Positions 26,467 through 36,770 of a stretch of DNA of 45,938 nucleotides are shown here, in pieces (within the stretch, counting starts at the first letter, position 1; each line of letters opens with the position of its first letter). The notes below the pieces were generated by a model, which ran no database searches, was not told the DNA's origin, and worked only from the letters and a program-made list of their open reading frames with translations. The position numbers and the translations under genes were made by a program. Origin of the DNA: Spirochaetota bacterium (GTDB lineage Bacteria > Spirochaetota > B62-G9 > DRHN01). The stretch lies in NCBI GenBank assembly GCA_035527995.1, contig DATKZJ010000063.1, forward strand, positions 1-45,938, in the 5' to 3' direction.

Positions 26467-28314
26467 ATGATAGAAACTGAAAGAACAGCGTACAAGCGTT
26501 CAGTAAACGAAGGATTAAGAAATATTGCGATAATAGCGCATGTAGATCACGGAAAAACAACCCTCGTTGATGCGATGTTCCGCCAGAGCGGACTTTTCAG
26601 GGAAGGACAACAGACCGAGGACCGCCTGATGGACAGTATGGACCTCGAAAGGGAAAGAGGTATTACCATCGCGGCCAAGAACTGCTCGGTCGTGTGGAAA
26701 GGGGTCAAGATAAATATAATAGATACCCCGGGACATGCGGATTTCGGCGGCGAGGTGGAACGCGCGATTTTCATGGCGGACGGGGCCGTCCTCCTGGTGG
26801 ACGCTTCCGAAGGGCCCCTTCCTCAAACGAGGTTTGTCCTGAATAAGGCCCTGAAAGCGGGCCTCAAGATCATAGTCGTTATTAACAAGATTGACCGGCA
26901 GGACGCGCGCCCCGTGCAGGTTCTCGACGAGATCTTCGATCTTCTCATAGACCTTGATGCCCGGGATGAACAGCTCGATTTTCCCATTCTCTATGCTAAC
27001 GGGAGGGCGGGAATAGTCCAGGCATCTCTCGAAGAAAAAGCGGAAAACCTGCACCTCCTTTTTGATACCATCCTGACGGAGATACCTGCTCCCGCATACT
27101 CCGACAAAGAGCCCTTCCAGATGCATGTGGCGGATCTTTCCTATTCCGATTACCTCGGACGCCTCGCAATAGGTAAAGTCATTAACGGAAGTGTGGCGTC
27201 AAAACAGAACCTTATCTGCATAGGGGAGAGCGGCCGACAGCTTCCACTGAACGTATCCAAGCTGCAGGTCTACCACGGCCCTTCTTTGAAAGAGACCGGC
27301 AGGGCCGACCCCGGCGACATAGTCGTGCTTTCAGGTATCGATGATGTTCATATAGGAGACACCATATGTACGAAAGAGTCTCCCAAGCCTCTCAAACGTA
27401 TCAGCGTTGATGAGCCCACCGTATCGGTGAGGATCAGCGCCAACACCTCCCCCTTTTCAGGCAGAGAGGGCGCCTATGTACAGGCGAGCAAGATCCGGGA
27501 ACGCCTAAAAAAGGAAACTCTCAAGAATGTGTCGGTAAGGGTTGAAGAGTCGGAGGACAGGGAGGGTTTCACGGTCAAGGGGAGGGGCGAGTTCCAGCTG
27601 GTGATACTGGTGGAGACCATGAGACGGGAGGGCTTTGAGCTCTGCATAGGCCGACCGGAAGTCATATTCCGCTACGATGGAACCAGGAAGCTCGAGCCTG
27701 TGGAACATCTCTTCATCGACTGTGAGGAGAGCTATGCCGGCATTGTGACGGAAAAGCTCACAAGAAGAAAGGGAAGGATGCTTGCATACGTTAATGGTGA
27801 AAACGGCCGCGCGAGGCTCGAGTTCAGCATCCCCTCCAGGGCTCTCATCGGCTACAGAGATGAATTCCTCACCGACACGAAAGGGACCGGGATATTAAAC
27901 TCTCTTTTTACCGGATATGAGGAATACAGGGGAGATTTCCCCGGCAGGTTTACAGGCTCCCTTGTCTCAGACAGACGCGGAGAGGCGGTCGGCTACGCCC
28001 TCTACAACCTCGAACCGAGGGGCCGGATTTTCATCGTTCCCGGGGACCCTGTGTACGAAGGGATGATAATCGGAGAACACAACAGGGAGAACGACCTCAA
28101 TGTCAATCCATGCAAGACAAAAAAGCTTACAAACATGAGGGCCGCAGGAAAGGACGATGCCGTGACGCTCACTGCAGCCTTTCCGATGACGCTCGAACGC
28201 GCCATTCAGTTCATACGTGACGATGAGATGGTGGAGATCACCCCGAAATCCATCCGTCTGAGAAAGAGCGTCCTTACGGCATCGCAGAGAAAGACCCTAA
28301 GCAGGGGAGCATAG
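26467..28314 (+). CDS. typA: Translational GTPase TypA/BipA
   Basis: Start at ATG 26467. G1 AIIAHVDHGKTTLVD, G3 DTPGHADFGGEVER and G4 NKIDR, with EF-G-like domains and the BipA-specific C-terminal domain (...LTNMRAAGKDDAV...). Confidence 0.93.
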   Translation: MIETERTAYKRSVNEGLRNIAIIAHVDHGKTTLVDAMFRQSGLFREGQQTEDRLMDSMDLERERGITIAAKNCSVVWKGVKINIIDTPGHADFGGEVERAIFMADGAVLLVDASEGPLPQTRFVLNKALKAGLKIIVVINKIDRQDARPVQVLDEIFDLLIDLDARDEQLDFPILYANGRAGIVQASLEEKAENLHLLFDTILTEIPAPAYSDKEPFQMHVADLSYSDYLGRLAIGKVINGSVASKQNLICIGESGRQLPLNVSKLQVYHGPSLKETGRADPGDIVVLSGIDDVHIGDTICTKESPKPLKRISVDEPTVSVRISANTSPFSGREGAYVQASKIRERLKKETLKNVSVRVEESEDREGFTVKGRGEFQLVILVETMRREGFELCIGRPEVIFRYDGTRKLEPVEHLFIDCEESYAGIVTEKLTRRKGRMLAYVNGENGRARLEFSIPSRALIGYRDEFLTDTKGTGILNSLFTGYEEYRGDFPGRFTGSLVSDRRGEAVGYALYNLEPRGRIFIVPGDPVYEGMIIGEHNRENDLNVNPCKTKKLTNMRAAGKDDAVTLTAAFPMTLERAIQFIRDDEMVEITPKSIRLRKSVLTASQRKTLSRGA

Positions 28315-28474
28315 AGAGGGGACCTCCGGGTGCAGTTCGACCTTCAGGGCCTTTCACTGATCGCGGTATGCTCTGCAAGCATTTTTTCTCGTGAACATCG
28401 GGGATACCATGCGCAATTAATGGTTTTTAGTCGGATCTGTATACCGTCACTATAATGTGTACGAAAGGCCCGAT

Positions 28475-30307
28475 TTAATTTCGCTTTCTCTCTCCGAGCA
28501 GTACGATATCCCGCAGCGCCTCTTTGTTTTTCGCCTCCATCCATCTCTTTTCAAAACCAGGCTCCTGGACTATCTGGGCGATGGCGGTAAGGCTGACGAG
28601 ATGGAAGTTCCGCTCGTCTCTTGTTCCGAGCAGCGCGAAAACGGCACGAACGTTCGAAAATTCATCGGAGAATGATATTCCCTGCCTGCACCTGGCAAGT
28701 AGAATGGAAAACCTGTGCGTGCCTTTGATTACGATATGGGGGATTGCCAAAAAAGGTGTTATCACAGTGCTGCTCTCGTTTTCCCTCCTCAAAAGGAGCC
28801 TGAAAAGCTCCGTGTGGATCATCCCCACGCCGTCTGCCATCTCGCGGGACGCGATCCGGAAGAAATCCTGTGCGGAAAGCTTCCCGCTTAAATCAAGCAC
28901 ATACCCCCCCTCTATAGCCTCGTCGAAACGGTCTTTGGTGATGTTGTCCCGGTCCCTGATAATTTCCTTAAGCTCCGTCTCCAGAGACCGGTTCGTGAGC
29001 TCCTTTGCGGTGATGGACTCTATCAGGTGAAGCAGCGCGTACTCCCTGTATCCCCGTATCCTTCCGTAAAACCAGTACACGAACACTCCTCCAAGGATCA
29101 ATACGAGGCTTATCAGGAGGGCCTCTTTTCCCATCTCGAAAACGAGCGAAACCAGACCCGCGATGCCTGCGATCTGCATCCACGGGTACAGGGGGGCGCG
29201 GAATTTCGGCCTGTAGTTCTGGAGGCGGCTCTCCCGCAGGATGATTATTGACAGGCAGGAGAGAATGTTCGTGAGAATGAGGACCGTGGAGGCCGCTTCC
29301 ACCAGTATCTCGAGCCGTAAAAACAGGGTAATTATAATGAAGAATCCAGTGAGGAAAATGGCATTGTACGGCGTATGAAATTTTTTATGGACTGCTTCGA
29401 ATTTTCTCGGAAACAGGTTGTCGCGGCTCAACGGCACCAGTGACCGTGCAGCAGTCATGATCCCGGCGTTGGCGGTCGACAGAAATGCCAGCACTGCCGC
29501 GATGCTCAGCGCCACTGCTCCTTTCTGCCCGAGAAACACTGCGGCCCCGTCGGATATGGGCGTTAAAGATCCGACGAGAAGGGAAGCGGGCAGAACCCCT
29601 ACCGTCACGAAGACCATCAGGATATAGAGCAGGCCCACTACGACGATGGAGAGTATCATTCCGAGTGGTATGTTTTTACCGGGGTTTTTGATCTCCTCGG
29701 CGATGCTCGCGACTTTCAGAAGTCCCGCATATGATACAAATACGAAACCGGACGTTGCGAGCACCGCTCCAGTTCCGAGTGGAGAGAAAGGCACGAGGTT
29801 GGCATGCCGTACAGAGGGCACCCCTTTTACGATATAAAAGACCATGAAGCCGAGCAGTCCTGCGACGAGAACGACCTGCGTCCTCCCGGCCTGCTTGACG
29901 CCGATGATGTTTACCGCCAAAAAGACGAGGCAGAAGAAAACGGCGATGTACCGTATGTCAAGCTCGACGAGCAGCCCGGTAAACACCGACATGCCGATAA
30001 GCGCAAAGGCGCTCTTCATGGAGAGCGAGAACCAGCTCAACAGTCCGGCGACGGTACCAACCGCCGGTCCCATGCTTCGCATGACGGCGAAACAGTCTCC
30101 CCCCGCCCTCGGCATCGCAGTCGTCATTTCGGCTATGCTGAGCATGCCGGGAAGAGAAAGCAATCCTGCGAGCATGTAGGAAACGATCACCGCAGTTCCC
30201 GCCTTCGCGTACGCCACTCCGGGGAGGATGAAAATGCCTGAGCTTATCATGGCCCCGGATGCGATACAGAAGACGTCGAACAGGGTCAACTCTCTTTTCA
30301 ACCCCAT
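28475..30307 (-). CDS. APC-superfamily amino-acid permease fused to a C-terminal PTS EIIA type-2 domain
   Basis: Start at ATG 30307 (MGLKRELTLFDVFCIASGAMISSGIFILPG). About 12 TM segments are followed by a ~150-aa EIIA-2/PtsN-like domain with RENESSTVITPFLAIPH (candidate phospho-His) and AVFALLGTRDERNFHLVSLTAIAQI. Confidence 0.8.
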   Translation of the reverse strand: MGLKRELTLFDVFCIASGAMISSGIFILPGVAYAKAGTAVIVSYMLAGLLSLPGMLSIAEMTTAMPRAGGDCFAVMRSMGPAVGTVAGLLSWFSLSMKSAFALIGMSVFTGLLVELDIRYIAVFFCLVFLAVNIIGVKQAGRTQVVLVAGLLGFMVFYIVKGVPSVRHANLVPFSPLGTGAVLATSGFVFVSYAGLLKVASIAEEIKNPGKNIPLGMILSIVVVGLLYILMVFVTVGVLPASLLVGSLTPISDGAAVFLGQKGAVALSIAAVLAFLSTANAGIMTAARSLVPLSRDNLFPRKFEAVHKKFHTPYNAIFLTGFFIIITLFLRLEILVEAASTVLILTNILSCLSIIILRESRLQNYRPKFRAPLYPWMQIAGIAGLVSLVFEMGKEALLISLVLILGGVFVYWFYGRIRGYREYALLHLIESITAKELTNRSLETELKEIIRDRDNITKDRFDEAIEGGYVLDLSGKLSAQDFFRIASREMADGVGMIHTELFRLLLRRENESSTVITPFLAIPHIVIKGTHRFSILLARCRQGISFSDEFSNVRAVFALLGTRDERNFHLVSLTAIAQIVQEPGFEKRWMEAKNKEALRDIVLLGERKRN

Positions 30308-30460
30308 GAAGGCGTCTCTCCAGCGCTTAATAGTAAAGTCCCATACACTGTTACGATCACCAGGCACGTGCCGCCATTCGGCACAAATGGCCTGAGTATT
30401 ATTGTACCCTGACCGACTGAGGTCTTAACAGGTCCTTATTGTGGCCGGGGCAGGAATTCG

Positions 30461-31021
30461 CTAGTAGAGACCGAGCTCATCAAAATCGCTCTTTGCGTAG
30501 TCTAGCAGCCGTTCGTCGAGCTTGAAAAGCACCTTTTTTGTAAGGTCGACCTCATCGCTTCCGTAGAGGAGATTGTCCGTACTATCGAAGATCAGGCTGT
30601 ACCCCTCGATAATACCTGTCTTCCTGATTGCATCCATTATATCTTTCTGTATCCGCTCAGCAATTTTGGCATCGCCCAGCTCCCCGCAGGAGTTCCAAGA
30701 CCGTTTATTGTTCCTCAATCTGTCTAGGCCTGACCTCCGTTCCTGCAGCAAAGCCCTCGCCTCGCAGAGCTCGCCGTCGGAAATGGTATAAAAACCTGAG
30801 TTGTACGATGCGGTGGTTGACCTTCCGATCGCCTCTTGCATCAGCGCGATCTCTTTATCGAGGTATTTCGGCGTATACGATCTGACGATCGTCTCGAGAT
30901 CTACGTAGCCGGCCTGTATGAAATGCGCCGTTTTCGTGAGTCCTACTGCCGGAACAAGAAAAACAACAACCCCCACAAGAAAAAGCAGCAATTTTTTCAA
31001 TGAATTACTCCTTGCTAGCAA
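30461..31021 (-). CDS. Skp/OmpH-like periplasmic chaperone
   Basis: A signal-anchor N-terminus, a helical middle, and the C-terminal block IMDAIRKTGIIEGYSLIFDSTDNLLYGSDEVDLTKKVLFKLD as in OmpH-family proteins. Confidence 0.55.
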   Translation of the reverse strand: MLARSNSLKKLLLFLVGVVVFLVPAVGLTKTAHFIQAGYVDLETIVRSYTPKYLDKEIALMQEAIGRSTTASYNSGFYTISDGELCEARALLQERRSGLDRLRNNKRSWNSCGELGDAKIAERIQKDIMDAIRKTGIIEGYSLIFDSTDNLLYGSDEVDLTKKVLFKLDERLLDYAKSDFDELGLY

Positions 31022-31104
31022 CCCCGGCTGCCTGAGGAAAAGGTTTTTATTTCCGAGCAGCCGGTAAGTCCGCAGTAGACAGTTTGCTTGTACATATTCA
31101 CTTT

Positions 31105-31131
31105 GATGAGCCCGTCCCAGACGGGCTCATC
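31105..31131 (-). terminator. 11-bp GC-rich hairpin just after the OmpA-like gene stop (no U-tract)
   Basis: GATGAGCCCGT-cccag-ACGGGCTCATC, 17 nt downstream of the stop at 31148. Terminator function is not proven. Confidence 0.4.
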
Positions 31132-31147
31132 CGCTAGGAGGTTTCGG

Positions 31148-32335
31148 CTACCGTTCCGTGCTTTCCTTGATCTCCATCATCTGATAGTGCAGCTTGTCGA
31201 TCAACACGATCTCGATGCGCCTGTTCTTTGCACGATTCCCTTTCGTTGTGTGCGGCACGATGGGTCGGTACATCGAGTAGGATACGACCGCCATCCTTCT
31301 CGGATCAAGGCCGACCTCTGTTCTTAGGAACTCAGCAACGTTCGCAGCACGCGCCGCGCCGAGCTCCCAGTTGGTCGGATACTTCTCGGCGATCTTCTGA
31401 CCTATGGGAATGTCGTCGGTGTGCCCTTCAATCCTGATCATCTTTTCGGGCACATTCTTGAGGATCGTACCTACCCGCCGCAGCACGTCTGCTCCTTCGG
31501 GCTTGATTTCGGCCTTTCCGCTGTCGAAGAATATCTTGTCCATGATGTTTATGGTCAGCGCGTCCTTGTAGTGCTGGATCTCTATCGTCCGCTGCCCCAC
31601 TTCCTTATCGAGGCTCGCGAGAAGCTGCTCGTAGGTCGACTTCATCCTTTCCTTTTCCGCCGCCTCGGCCGCAAGCTGGGTATCGATGTTCTTACTCAGA
31701 TCGGCCAGCTTCTTGTCGAGATTCTGCTTCTGAGCGGTCAGGGACGCCACCTGCTTCGACAGCTCCTCGGTGTCCGCTTTCAGGGAGCGCCTCAGATCCT
31801 CGGCGGTCTTCTTCAGATTGTCGCGCTCTATTCTCATGTTTTTCAGCTCCACGGCCTGATCGCTGAGCTTATTCTGGTATTCTCCGGCGAGCTGATTCAG
31901 ACGCTCGTTTCTTTTAAACGCCGCATCGATATCATTCCTCAGCGCTGCGACCTCGTTCTCGAGCCCCTGTTTGCTCTGCACGAGCTGCAGCATCCTGCCC
32001 GACAGCTCGTCCCCGCTTGCCTGCAGGATGTCCCCGAGCCCCTTCAGAGTGCTCTCGAGTATCAGCGATGTGTCGTACAGCCTCTGGAGCTCGTTGTTCT
32101 TCATGGCGAGGAGGTTTTTCATGTCTGAAAGCTCCTGATTCTGCACCTCGATCTTCTTCTCATTTTCATTGACCCGAGCTTCGAGCTCGGCGTTTCGCTG
32201 ACCCGCCGCTTCCAGCTCTGACTTCAGCTTCACGTTCTCGTCAATATACTGCTTGCACGCCCATGACTCGAGCGGCTGTAGAAGGAAAACGGCTCCTGCA
32301 GCCAGTGCAACCAGTCCTGCCATCCATCTCTTCAT
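31148..32335 (-). CDS. OmpA/MotB-domain protein with long N-terminal coiled coil
   Basis: A signal peptide, ~230 aa of heptad-rich E/K/L/Q sequence, and a C-terminal OmpA_C-like block FFDSGKAEIKPEG...IRIEGHTDDIP...NWELGAARAANVAEFL...NRRIEIVL. Confidence 0.8.
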   Translation of the reverse strand: MKRWMAGLVALAAGAVFLLQPLESWACKQYIDENVKLKSELEAAGQRNAELEARVNENEKKIEVQNQELSDMKNLLAMKNNELQRLYDTSLILESTLKGLGDILQASGDELSGRMLQLVQSKQGLENEVAALRNDIDAAFKRNERLNQLAGEYQNKLSDQAVELKNMRIERDNLKKTAEDLRRSLKADTEELSKQVASLTAQKQNLDKKLADLSKNIDTQLAAEAAEKERMKSTYEQLLASLDKEVGQRTIEIQHYKDALTINIMDKIFFDSGKAEIKPEGADVLRRVGTILKNVPEKMIRIEGHTDDIPIGQKIAEKYPTNWELGAARAANVAEFLRTEVGLDPRRMAVVSYSMYRPIVPHTTKGNRAKNRRIEIVLIDKLHYQMMEIKESTER

Positions 32336-32529
32336 CGTGTTCTCCTTACTATCCGGTTCGCATCAGGCGAACGTTACAAATGTGAAACGGTGTGCCCTTA
32401 CGCAGTCCACACACGGACAACCACAGTACCTGCTGTGAGTATATCCGCTGATAACATAACAAAGGAAAGTTAGAAGCACGTTAAAAGAGTATTAAATATT
32501 TCTAATGATTTAGGCCTCTCCGTGGGGTT

Positions 32530-34041
32530 TCAGGTGCGGGGGCGTACTTGGAATGCGATCGGCAGTGATACTGTAAAGGTCGTGCCTTTACCCGGAGTGC
32601 TTGATACATCGATACTCCCGTTATGAATATCGACAATGGATTTTACGATGCTCAGGCCGAGCCCTGTGCCCGGCTGCACCTGATTGCCGGTTCGGTCGGA
32701 ATGGAATAATCGGTCGAAGATCTTCGGCAGGTCTTCTTTTTCGATACCTACTCCCGTGTCGGACACTCTTACGACAGCGTTGGGTCCCTCCGTTGCTGTA
32801 ATAATGAGGATCCTCCCGTTCTCGTTCGTGAACTTCACGGCATTATCGATCAGGTTGAGGAACAGTCTCCGTAAATGCAGACGGTTTCCGCGTATCTCGA
32901 TAGCGCCGTCGGCGCTGCCGCCGGCAGTTTCGAGTGACAGGGTCAGGCCTTTCTGCGTGGTTATGACTCCGACCAGCTCTCCTATCTCGTGAAGCAGCTC
33001 CGCGAGGTTGAACGTCTCGAAGTTAAAGGCCCTGGACGGAAAGTCAAGCCTCGTCAGAAGAAGAAGGTCTTCCGTCACCTTAAGCATTCTATCCGCTTCC
33101 TCGACGATGGTCCGGATTGATTTTTTATATTCCTCCCTCTTCCTCCCTTTTCTCAGGGCGACGTCCGATTCACCCTTTATGATGGTGAGCGGCGTTTTCA
33201 GCTCATGGGCAGCCTGTGAACTGAAATCCGAAATGGCCCTGAAAGACCTTTCAAGGCGGGAGATCATTTCGTTGAAGGCGTCAACCAGGTACTTCATCTC
33301 TTCGTCGACCCGGTCGTCGCTCACCCGCTCGCTCAGGTTCTCGTTCGTAATCCTGCTTGCAGCCCGTGCAATCTCGTAGACGGGCTTCAGAAGCTTTGCG
33401 ACGAACAGCCTTCCAAGCAGGGCCGAGATGAACAGTATGACCGGTATACTCGCCAGTATCTGAACCAGCCTGTTCTGCAATATATGTATTGCCGGCTTTA
33501 GGGAGGTCGCAAGCTGAATGATATGGTACCCGTTGTCCCCTGCTACGAAAGGGAAGCTGATGACCCTGAGACTCGTGCCGGACCGCTTGGTGCTTTCGTA
33601 GACGGGTGTATCGTCTCTCATGCTCCTGGCCGTCTTCTCGGAGAGCGCGACGATCGGACCCTTCAGGTTTTCCGATGTCACGAGAGCTTCCCCGTGCATG
33701 TTGAGAAAGGCCATGTAATCGTCCTTCAGATTGAGAAGATCGACCTTCTGCAGCCATTTTTCCTCTAACACGTCGATCTCGTCTGGGTCCGGCAGGTCTT
33801 CGATGACCATTACCTTCTGCACGGCAGGGACGAGCACACCGGGTCCGACGCCCGTTTCGTTCAAATACCGCTCTATCGCGGCTGCAACTTCCTTCGCCTT
33901 CATCAGCAGTTCGTCGTCGATCTCGCCGTAGAGGGTGAAATAAAGACTGAAATAGAGGTATGTGCTGTAGACGATCAGTACCACCCCGAGCAGCGCGGTA
34001 AAGAGCACGCGGATCTTGAACCTTATGGAGTGTATTCCCAA
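32530..34041 (-). CDS. Sensor histidine kinase (two TM segments, HAMP, HisKA, HATPase_c)
   Basis: H-box SSQAAHELKTPLT, N-box LIDNAVKFT, G-boxes DTGVGI and GTGLGLSIV. Confidence 0.85.
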   Translation of the reverse strand: MGIHSIRFKIRVLFTALLGVVLIVYSTYLYFSLYFTLYGEIDDELLMKAKEVAAAIERYLNETGVGPGVLVPAVQKVMVIEDLPDPDEIDVLEEKWLQKVDLLNLKDDYMAFLNMHGEALVTSENLKGPIVALSEKTARSMRDDTPVYESTKRSGTSLRVISFPFVAGDNGYHIIQLATSLKPAIHILQNRLVQILASIPVILFISALLGRLFVAKLLKPVYEIARAASRITNENLSERVSDDRVDEEMKYLVDAFNEMISRLERSFRAISDFSSQAAHELKTPLTIIKGESDVALRKGRKREEYKKSIRTIVEEADRMLKVTEDLLLLTRLDFPSRAFNFETFNLAELLHEIGELVGVITTQKGLTLSLETAGGSADGAIEIRGNRLHLRRLFLNLIDNAVKFTNENGRILIITATEGPNAVVRVSDTGVGIEKEDLPKIFDRLFHSDRTGNQVQPGTGLGLSIVKSIVDIHNGSIDVSSTPGKGTTFTVSLPIAFQVRPRT

Positions 34042-34046
34042 TTACG

Positions 34047-34715
34047 TCATCCCTTCAGGGTATATCCTACACCGCGCAGCGTATGTATGAGCTGTTTTTC
34101 GAAACCCCTGTCAATCTTGTTCCTGAGGTAGTTGATATACACATCGATAACATTGGTGAAGGTATCGAAGCTCTCGTTCCATACATGCTCGGAGATCATG
34201 GTCCTGGTTACCGTATGGCCGGCGTTCAGCATGAGATACTCCAGGAGGCTGAATTCTTTCATCGAGAGAGAGATCTCCCTCCCGGCGCGCCGCACGCAGT
34301 GGGTGAGCTGATTCAGCTCCAGATCGTCGATCTTCAAAACAGCGGACCTGTTCGTGTTCTTTCTCCTGATCAGGGCCCGTACCCTTGCAAGAAGCTCCTC
34401 GAATGCGAATGGTTTGGTCAGGTAGTCGTCCGCGCCTGCTTCAAGCCCGAGGACCTTGTCCTCGGTCCTGTCCCTCGCGGTCAGCATCAGTATCGGCGTA
34501 TCGACCTTTTTCTTTCTCAATTCGGTGCAGACATCCATACCGTTCTTTTTCGGAAGCATGAGGTCGAGAATGATCAGGTCGTAGCTGTTCACCTCCGCCA
34601 TGTAGACGCCCTCTTCACCGTCAGAAACCACGTCTAGCGTATAATACTCCTCCTTCAGCCCCCGCTCGATGAAGGTTGCCACCTTCCTTTCGTCCTCGAC
34701 CAGAAGAATCCTCAA
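34047..34715 (-). CDS. OmpR/PhoB-family response regulator
   Basis: Receiver domain (MRILLVEDE...DLIILDLMLP...K) plus a winged-helix output (LSMKEFSLLEYLM...IDVYINYLRNKID...IHTLRGVGY). It lies 5 nt upstream of the kinase gene. Confidence 0.9.
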   Translation of the reverse strand: MRILLVEDERKVATFIERGLKEEYYTLDVVSDGEEGVYMAEVNSYDLIILDLMLPKKNGMDVCTELRKKKVDTPILMLTARDRTEDKVLGLEAGADDYLTKPFAFEELLARVRALIRRKNTNRSAVLKIDDLELNQLTHCVRRAGREISLSMKEFSLLEYLMLNAGHTVTRTMISEHVWNESFDTFTNVIDVYINYLRNKIDRGFEKQLIHTLRGVGYTLKG

Positions 34716-34821
34716 TCCTGTTCCTCACCTGAGGTTACGGACGGATACGCAGCGCCCCCTGCGTGCCCAGACCGCAGAAATCGTACTGTTCCCCAGAGTG
34801 TATTGTACCTCCAATCTGCGT

Positions 34822-35169
34822 TCAGGTCAAAATGCTTTTTATCTTTCTCAGCAGTACATCAAGGCCGCTCGATTTGTCGAAATAGCCCTCTGCGTCGGGG
34901 ATCAGGCTCTGCTGGGTGTCCAGGGGGTAGACGCTTGCAACCAGCACCCTGCTCCTGTTCCGCATGAAGCGCAGCACCTCGTAAAGTATGTTTCCCTCGC
35001 CGGGCATCCTGATGTCGAGAATGATCAAATCGATGTCGTTATTCAGCAGTATATTGTATGCATCTGAAACGTTCGAAGACGAAAGCACATCGTATCCCTC
35101 GTCAGCGAGCAGCGTCATATAAATATTTCGTATTTTTTCCTCGTCATCTACTATCAGTACCCTTCGCAC
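34822..35169 (-). CDS. Stand-alone CheY-like receiver protein
   Basis: Preferred start is the GTG at 35169, after GGAGG (VRRVLIVDDEEK...DLIILDIRMPG). There is no output domain. Confidence 0.7.
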   Translation of the reverse strand: MRRVLIVDDEEKIRNIYMTLLADEGYDVLSSSNVSDAYNILLNNDIDLIILDIRMPGEGNILYEVLRFMRNRSRVLVASVYPLDTQQSLIPDAEGYFDKSSGLDVLLRKIKSILT

Positions 35170-35469
35170 CCGTTGTCCTCCTTTGCCCGAAGCTGTGTCT
35201 TCTCTCCACCACCATACCAAGGGAAAATTAGATGACGATTAGAACAAGATTAATCTTTTCTAATAAGGGAACTACGGGAAGGTCCCCGCCCTACCGCATC
35301 GAGAAGCGGGAGGCTGATGAAAAACCTCCAAGGCTCTTTTATAAGGCTCCAGTGTACTTAATACCTACAAAACAGGCTTATTGTTCTTCCTGCACAATGC
35401 TAATGGTAATCCGAATGGATTGAGTGAACGGTTAGCTCAAGTTTTAAGTGTTCTAAATATGTGTACGGT

Positions 35470-35517
35470 AAAAAAACGCTAAAATGTCCATTTCTGTATG
35501 AGAAATGGGGGGTTAGT
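35470..35517 (-). repeat. Copy of the palindromic intergenic repeat family, overlapping the oxidoreductase stop codon
   Basis: The minus strand reads ACTAACCCCCCATTTCTCATACAGAAATGGACATTTTAGCGTTTTTTT. The hairpin is CCATTTC/GAAATGG and it ends in a T-run, so it may act as the terminator of the minus-strand sugar operon. Confidence 0.6.
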
Positions 35518-36694
35518 ATTTTATCGTAATTCTATCACCCGTACGGGAAGACTCAGCAATCGCTTCCATAATAACCTGCACCCTGTAGCCGTCTTCAAAA
35601 CTGGCGCCGAGCGGTTCCACAGGCTTATTGTTCACTACGCAGTCTAAAAAGTGAGCGAGGGCATGGACGTGCCCATACTCCCACCCGGCATTGTGCCCGG
35701 GCGGAAGTATCACCGTGCCGGGTGAATAGGTGATACCCGTAGCAGAAACATTGGTGAACCCCTCTACTCCTTCAGCAGAAAAATCCGGCAGATGTACATG
35801 AAGATGATTGAGGTCCTCGAGGTCGAAAGCAATGCTCCCCTTTGACCCGTTGATCTCCCAGGTGTGACGGTTCTTTCTTCCGCTGCTCACTCCAGAAGAC
35901 TCAAGTGTTCCTAAAGCTCCGCCCTCGAACTCGACGAGTGCAATATTGGCCTCGTCCGCCACGACATCCTCAAGTCCGCCAGATGAGCTTTTCCTCTTTT
36001 TGTTGAAGGTCTTTAACATCCCGCTCACTGTTACGATCTCACCCACAAGAAACCGTGCCATATCGATGATGTGACATCCGATCCCGAGCAGCACACCGGA
36101 GCGTGTTCCGCTCGTATACCACACGTTTTCCACCACCTCCTCAGGGTCGTGTCCCACCTCCTGCAGGTAGCAGGCCCTAAACTGGTAAATCCTACCCAAA
36201 AGACCCCTGTCGATGATCCTCTTCGCCAGACGAACAGCTGGAACAAAACGGTAGTTGTAGCAGCACATATGCTTCACACCTGCCTCCTGTACCGCCTCAA
36301 CCATACTTCTCGCTTCCCCAACAGTCATGGAAAGCGGTTTTTCGCATATAATGTGCTTCCCATTACGAGCAGCAGCTATGGACGGTTCGCAGTGCAGATT
36401 GTCTGGGGTACAGTTGTCCACAATTTCCACTTCGGGATCTTCTACAAGCCGACGCCAGTTGGTATAGTATCCCTTATAACCGAAGCGTACCGCAGTACCC
36501 TCCACCTTTTCTCTGTTTCTCCCGCACATCGCAAACAGCTCCGGGAAGGCTGTAACGGTCTCATAGACAGAGGGGATCTTGAGGTAGGCGTTCGAGTGAA
36601 CCTTCCCCATAAAACCGTACCCCAGAACGCCGATACCTACAGACCTTTCCCAAACGTCATTGTAATCGATATCATGAAAACCTTCCTTTAGCAT
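35513..36694 (-). CDS. Gfo/Idh/MocA-family NAD(P)-dependent oxidoreductase
   Basis: An N-terminal Rossmann motif GVLGYGFMGKVHSNAY, the EKP motif (ICEKPLS) and a C-terminal alpha/beta dimerisation domain. Confidence 0.85.
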   Translation of the reverse strand: MLKEGFHDIDYNDVWERSVGIGVLGYGFMGKVHSNAYLKIPSVYETVTAFPELFAMCGRNREKVEGTAVRFGYKGYYTNWRRLVEDPEVEIVDNCTPDNLHCEPSIAAARNGKHIICEKPLSMTVGEARSMVEAVQEAGVKHMCCYNYRFVPAVRLAKRIIDRGLLGRIYQFRACYLQEVGHDPEEVVENVWYTSGTRSGVLLGIGCHIIDMARFLVGEIVTVSGMLKTFNKKRKSSSGGLEDVVADEANIALVEFEGGALGTLESSGVSSGRKNRHTWEINGSKGSIAFDLEDLNHLHVHLPDFSAEGVEGFTNVSATGITYSPGTVILPPGHNAGWEYGHVHALAHFLDCVVNNKPVEPLGASFEDGYRVQVIMEAIAESSRTGDRITIKY

Positions 36695-36770
36695 GCCAGG
36701 CTCCTCTCCAAAGAACTGTTTTATCTGCTTTCGAATTTCCGAAAGTCACGAAGAAAAAAGCGATGTGATC

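Noticed and set aside
31421-32128. 235-aa plus-strand ORF antisense to the coiled-coil OmpA-like gene. Also 34083..34637 (+), 36071..36691 (+), 40423..41322 (+) and 20501..21253 (-).
   Set aside because: All are antisense to genes with clear family motifs. They are typical long shadow ORFs in G+C-balanced, charged-residue-rich coding regions.
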